Shown: in pieces, positions 49,383 through 53,036 of the stretch
How the letters are laid out: each line of letters starts with the position of its first letter
Position numbering within the stretch: position 1 is the first letter of the stretch
Source: Chiloscyllium plagiosum
Taxonomy: Eukaryota
Direction of reading: 5' to 3'
NCBI RefSeq assembly: GCF_004010195.1
Contig: NC_057718.1
Coordinates: 29,580,479 to 29,633,514 of the forward strand
Length of the DNA stretch: 53,036 nucleotides
The notes under the pieces: generated by a model
Told to the model about the DNA's origin: nothing
Databases searched by the model: none
The model's input: the letters and a program-made list of their open reading frames with translations, nothing else
Made by a program: the position numbers and the translations under genes

Positions 49383-52300
49383 TGAATCTATTCCATTTAA
49401 CATAATGGAAGTGTCACTGAACACAGTGAAGAATGTCCTCTGTATGAAGAAGGACAGTTCATGGTCACTCAGATGGTAATGTCATGGACAATTGCAACAA
49501 ATAGATGAGCGAATGTGAGATCAAGTCAATTTCTCCCTTACGTTGGTTCTCATATCACATGTTACATTACTGTTAGCAATATATTTCATTGTTCAGAATG
49601 TGAAATAATGAAGTTCTTAAAAAAAGGGAAGATTGAGGATAACCTGACCTTTGTGGGAAAACTGAACGCTGGATATTTATTTCATGTACGTTACTCACCT
49701 GCCCAAACAGCCGCAGGATCTGAGATTGTTTTTCATCTGTCCTTCAGAGCTGGAGGCAATAACACTCACTCAAAGTTAAGGTGGTTCTTCTTAACATAAC
49801 CATGTCAGACTCGAGGAAGAAGAATTTTCAGAATTTTTTGCATCATTTTTTACTGATTTCCTTTTTACCCAGATGCCCAAGAGTGCTCAGAAGAAAATCA
49901 TAGGCTTCCTTTGCTCTCAATTCACCACCATCTCCAATCCCACCCCAAAAGATCAGGATGTTTTCACTAAAGCCCTCATGTTATCACTTACCTTAACGCT
50001 GGGGATCATGCCTATGGATCTCCAGCTCCCCGGTACCCATGACTTTCCATTGGCCAGATTGTGATTGAGGAGAATCACCTCCAACGTTGAAATGAGCCAA
50101 CGGAATTGAAATGACTCTCGGCCTCTTTCAAGATGAAAATATGAGTTTGTGTTTGCATGATGCACTTTGTCTTGAATTAGAATCGAAGTTAGATATATTT
50201 GAATGGCAATGCAGACTAAAAGCAAGTTAGCACTGAATTCTGTTTCTTTTTGGTAGTTTCCCAGAATAATTTTGGAATGTCATCAAACAATATTTTTTTA
50301 TTTACCTGAGGCACTTGTTCCAAAGCTGGTAAATTAGTAATCTTCACAATCTATCGAGATCTATCAATGATCAAGTCTGTATAACACCCATTTTATGAAG
50401 AATTTTTGAAAAAAATCAAATTATTCCATATTTGAACAGTGAGAAGACAGCTGCATGTACAAAACTGAACCATACGGTTTTATCTCTGTTTGCACTTGAC
50501 CTAATAAACTGACTGATGTAAGTGGATTTGTCAGTAAGCTCACAGCTCTCTCTGCTGCTTGGCTGGGAACAGCCTGAAGCTCTTACAACTGAATGTAAAG
50601 TAGACTAATGCTACACTTTGAAGGGTTAGCAATAAATTTTAACACATATAATCTACATTAAGATAGGAAAGGTCTTTACATGCAAAAATTGTGAAATTGT
50701 TTCATAAATAGACAAAGAGTACAGGTGTGTTAACCGTGCAGAGAATTCAGCCTTTAAGCCTATACAGCAGATTTAATCAACATATAAACAAATCAAGGGT
50801 GAAGAATAACAGATTTCTAGGAATTTAATCAAGGAATTAAAGACATTTTAAAGCACAAGAGCTTTATAAACTCAAGATCAGCTTTGTTGCTTGTTTACAA
50901 TTCTTGAATTGTGATTACTGACAACACAAAATGTGAAAACAAATACAAATTAGATGGTACCAAACTGAGGTGTAATTCATTTCCATTTGTGAGAAGTATG
51001 ACATGTAGCACTTACTACTGGATTATTTATATGATGAAGATCTGCACATCAGTAAAATAATGATTCCAATTTGTCCCTCATTTTAAGGTATGTCTCATTG
51101 ATTAAGTATTTGGATTAAAAGGTATGTTAGGACAATTCATATTAATACAGGGTTGAAATTCTGAAATGAAATCAGAACATCTTGGTTGAAACAATACAGT
51201 AGAGAACCAAACCCCATCATCCTTTCCAAGCTCTCAGAGTAGATTCCCAACTATTAGGTAGCTTTTATATTCTTCATCTGAAATGCAAACAGATAAAAGG
51301 TGGAATTGCCGCATATCCATACTCCTTCACAGTGCACGGGCCTCCTGAGAAAAAACACATACACAGCACCACCTTTTGCTGGTTCAATGCTGTCGTGGAA
51401 GATGCTCAAGACTCTCTGACAAACTGCACAGTCAATATAGATAGTGAAACATTTCAAGATTGCTAATGATGGAAGGATCAAAATAAGATTCCCCTCAACC
51501 TCCTGGCTAACAGAAGAAACTTCACACACTCATATGATTTGCTGACTGAAGCATTAAGAGCTACCTAACCTCAGCACCATGTGATGTTACTGCTCGGTCT
51601 CACTGATGGCTTTTTTTTAATGAATTGAGCAACAGGACATGTAATATATAAAGACTTGGGGGGATTCACCTAAAGCCAGGATCCTATAGGCTTACACTGA
51701 CAAGCTTCCTGGCCCAGGTCTGTGACCCTTCCCCAGACTGTACATACATGGATCTCTAGATACTGGAAGACATCCAGTCAACATGTAGACGCGCCACAAA
51801 GAAACCAGATGTGTCTGTGGCAGAGAGTCATCTCGACTCAAAATGTTAGATTGCTTTCTCTCCATGGAAGCTGCCTGACCCACTGTGATCTCCAGCACTT
51901 TTTGTTTTCAATGTCTGTGGCAGTCTAAGTAAACCTTGGTGTGATAATAGTGATAATTCTATACTGACGTTCTTGGTGTTTGCATGGATATTTCTGGGAT
52001 AAAAGGAATAGAGTGGATTTGATTTTTTTGTTGTTGTCTGTAATGAAATATTTTCAAACTTTTTGTCTTGTATAATGCTATTCTTTCATTTCTTGTTGAT
52101 TCTTTGTGTGAAAAGCATGCATACAAACTCTTGTGAATGCATTCAGAACTGACCTCAAAATCAAAACCAAAAGGGTAAGTTAGGTAGGCTAAGCCAGATT
52201 TCATTCTGAGGTCTGAGTTGACTAATGTAAACATCAGCTTAGATCATAACAAAGTGGTAGCATTTTCTATGATCAAAAATTCTCAAATTTCAGAGGAATC

Positions 52301-52389
52301 TGTGAATCCTTCAAACAATAAGCACATGAGATGCTGAGCATTATTGTAAATTATATTACATGGCTTTAACTGTCACTAAGACTTTTCTG

Positions 52390-52790
52390 GAAGGAGAGAA
52401 TGTAAAGTAGATCATTTGAAATCTTTGGCTAAACCTAAACAGAGAGTTAGCAGACAAATTGAAGGTAGAAATAAAAGCAGGATTTTGTGAAGATGACATG
52501 GTTAAAATGAATACTCAGTATTTAGAATTAAAAGGAGAAAAACCTGAAAGTAATGTACGACTCCTAGAATTAGCAAAGATTCAGTTACAAATGAAAAGAA
52601 TCTTTCAATGGAGGAAAAAGAAAGAGAAATGAAAGAAAAACTTGAAGCGGTAAGAATAAAAAGAGTAATGGAAAGATTATGGAAATATGAAAGCTTAAAC
52701 TGCAAAGAGGAGAAAGATAAAAATAAAGCAATGAAGAGGGAAATTAAAATTTTAAAAGACTGGAATCCAGAGAGAGAGAGAATTCAGACA
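52390..52790 (+). mobile_element. Possible Gypsy-type gag N-terminal coiled-coil remnant
   Basis: LLELAKIQLQMKR followed by a purine-rich EEKEREMKEK coil; no LTR or pol seen. Confidence 0.3.
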
Positions 52791-52834
52791 ACATGACTTG
52801 GTATGACTGACTTAAGAGTAAAGGAAAAAGAAGA

Positions 52835-53036
52835 AATACTCTGACCAATAAACAAAAGCATACCAAATGCCTTCTTCACTATCCTATCTACCTGCGACTC
52901 CACTTTCAAGGAGCTATGAACCTGCACTCCAAGGTCTCTTTGTTCAGCAACACTCCCTAGGACCTTACCATTAAGTGTATAAGTCCTGCTAAGATTTGCT
53001 TTCCCAAAATTCAGCACTTCGTATTTATCTGAATTA
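52835..53036 (-). mobile_element. CR1 internal fragment running off the window end
   Basis: FGKANLSRTYTLNGKVLGSVAEQRDLGVQVHSSLKVESQVDRIVKKAFGML, highly similar to 8120-8320. Confidence 0.9.

Noticed and set aside
50250..51600. Repeat-poor stretch searched for exons of a neighbouring gene such as PPM1B
   Set aside because: No ORF with recognisable protein similarity or convincing splice pair.

Overview
Eukaryotic, repeat-dominated DNA. The repeat content (HE1/V-SINEs, CR1 LINEs, abundant Penelope-like elements) points to a cartilaginous fish, probably a shark; this is inference. The only host-gene signal is a CpG-rich first coding exon on the minus strand (ATG at 6374, GT donor at 6234). It encodes a mitochondrial-presequence-like peptide MAALLRSVR..., most similar to the LRPPRC N-terminus, so the rest of the window would be its upstream region. 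The centrepiece is a complete but decayed class I endogenous retrovirus at 15320-24595 (minus strand). It has two LTRs, a 4-bp TSD, a tRNA-Pro PBS, a PPT and gag-pro-pol-env, with a Penelope fragment nested in gag and a V-SINE in the 5' LTR. At least three families of Penelope-like element (PLE) ends are scattered through the window. They carry minimal hammerhead ribozyme motifs, and many are short TSD-flanked inserts or palindromes with ribozyme motifs on both strands. All coordinates were read by eye and no database searches were run.
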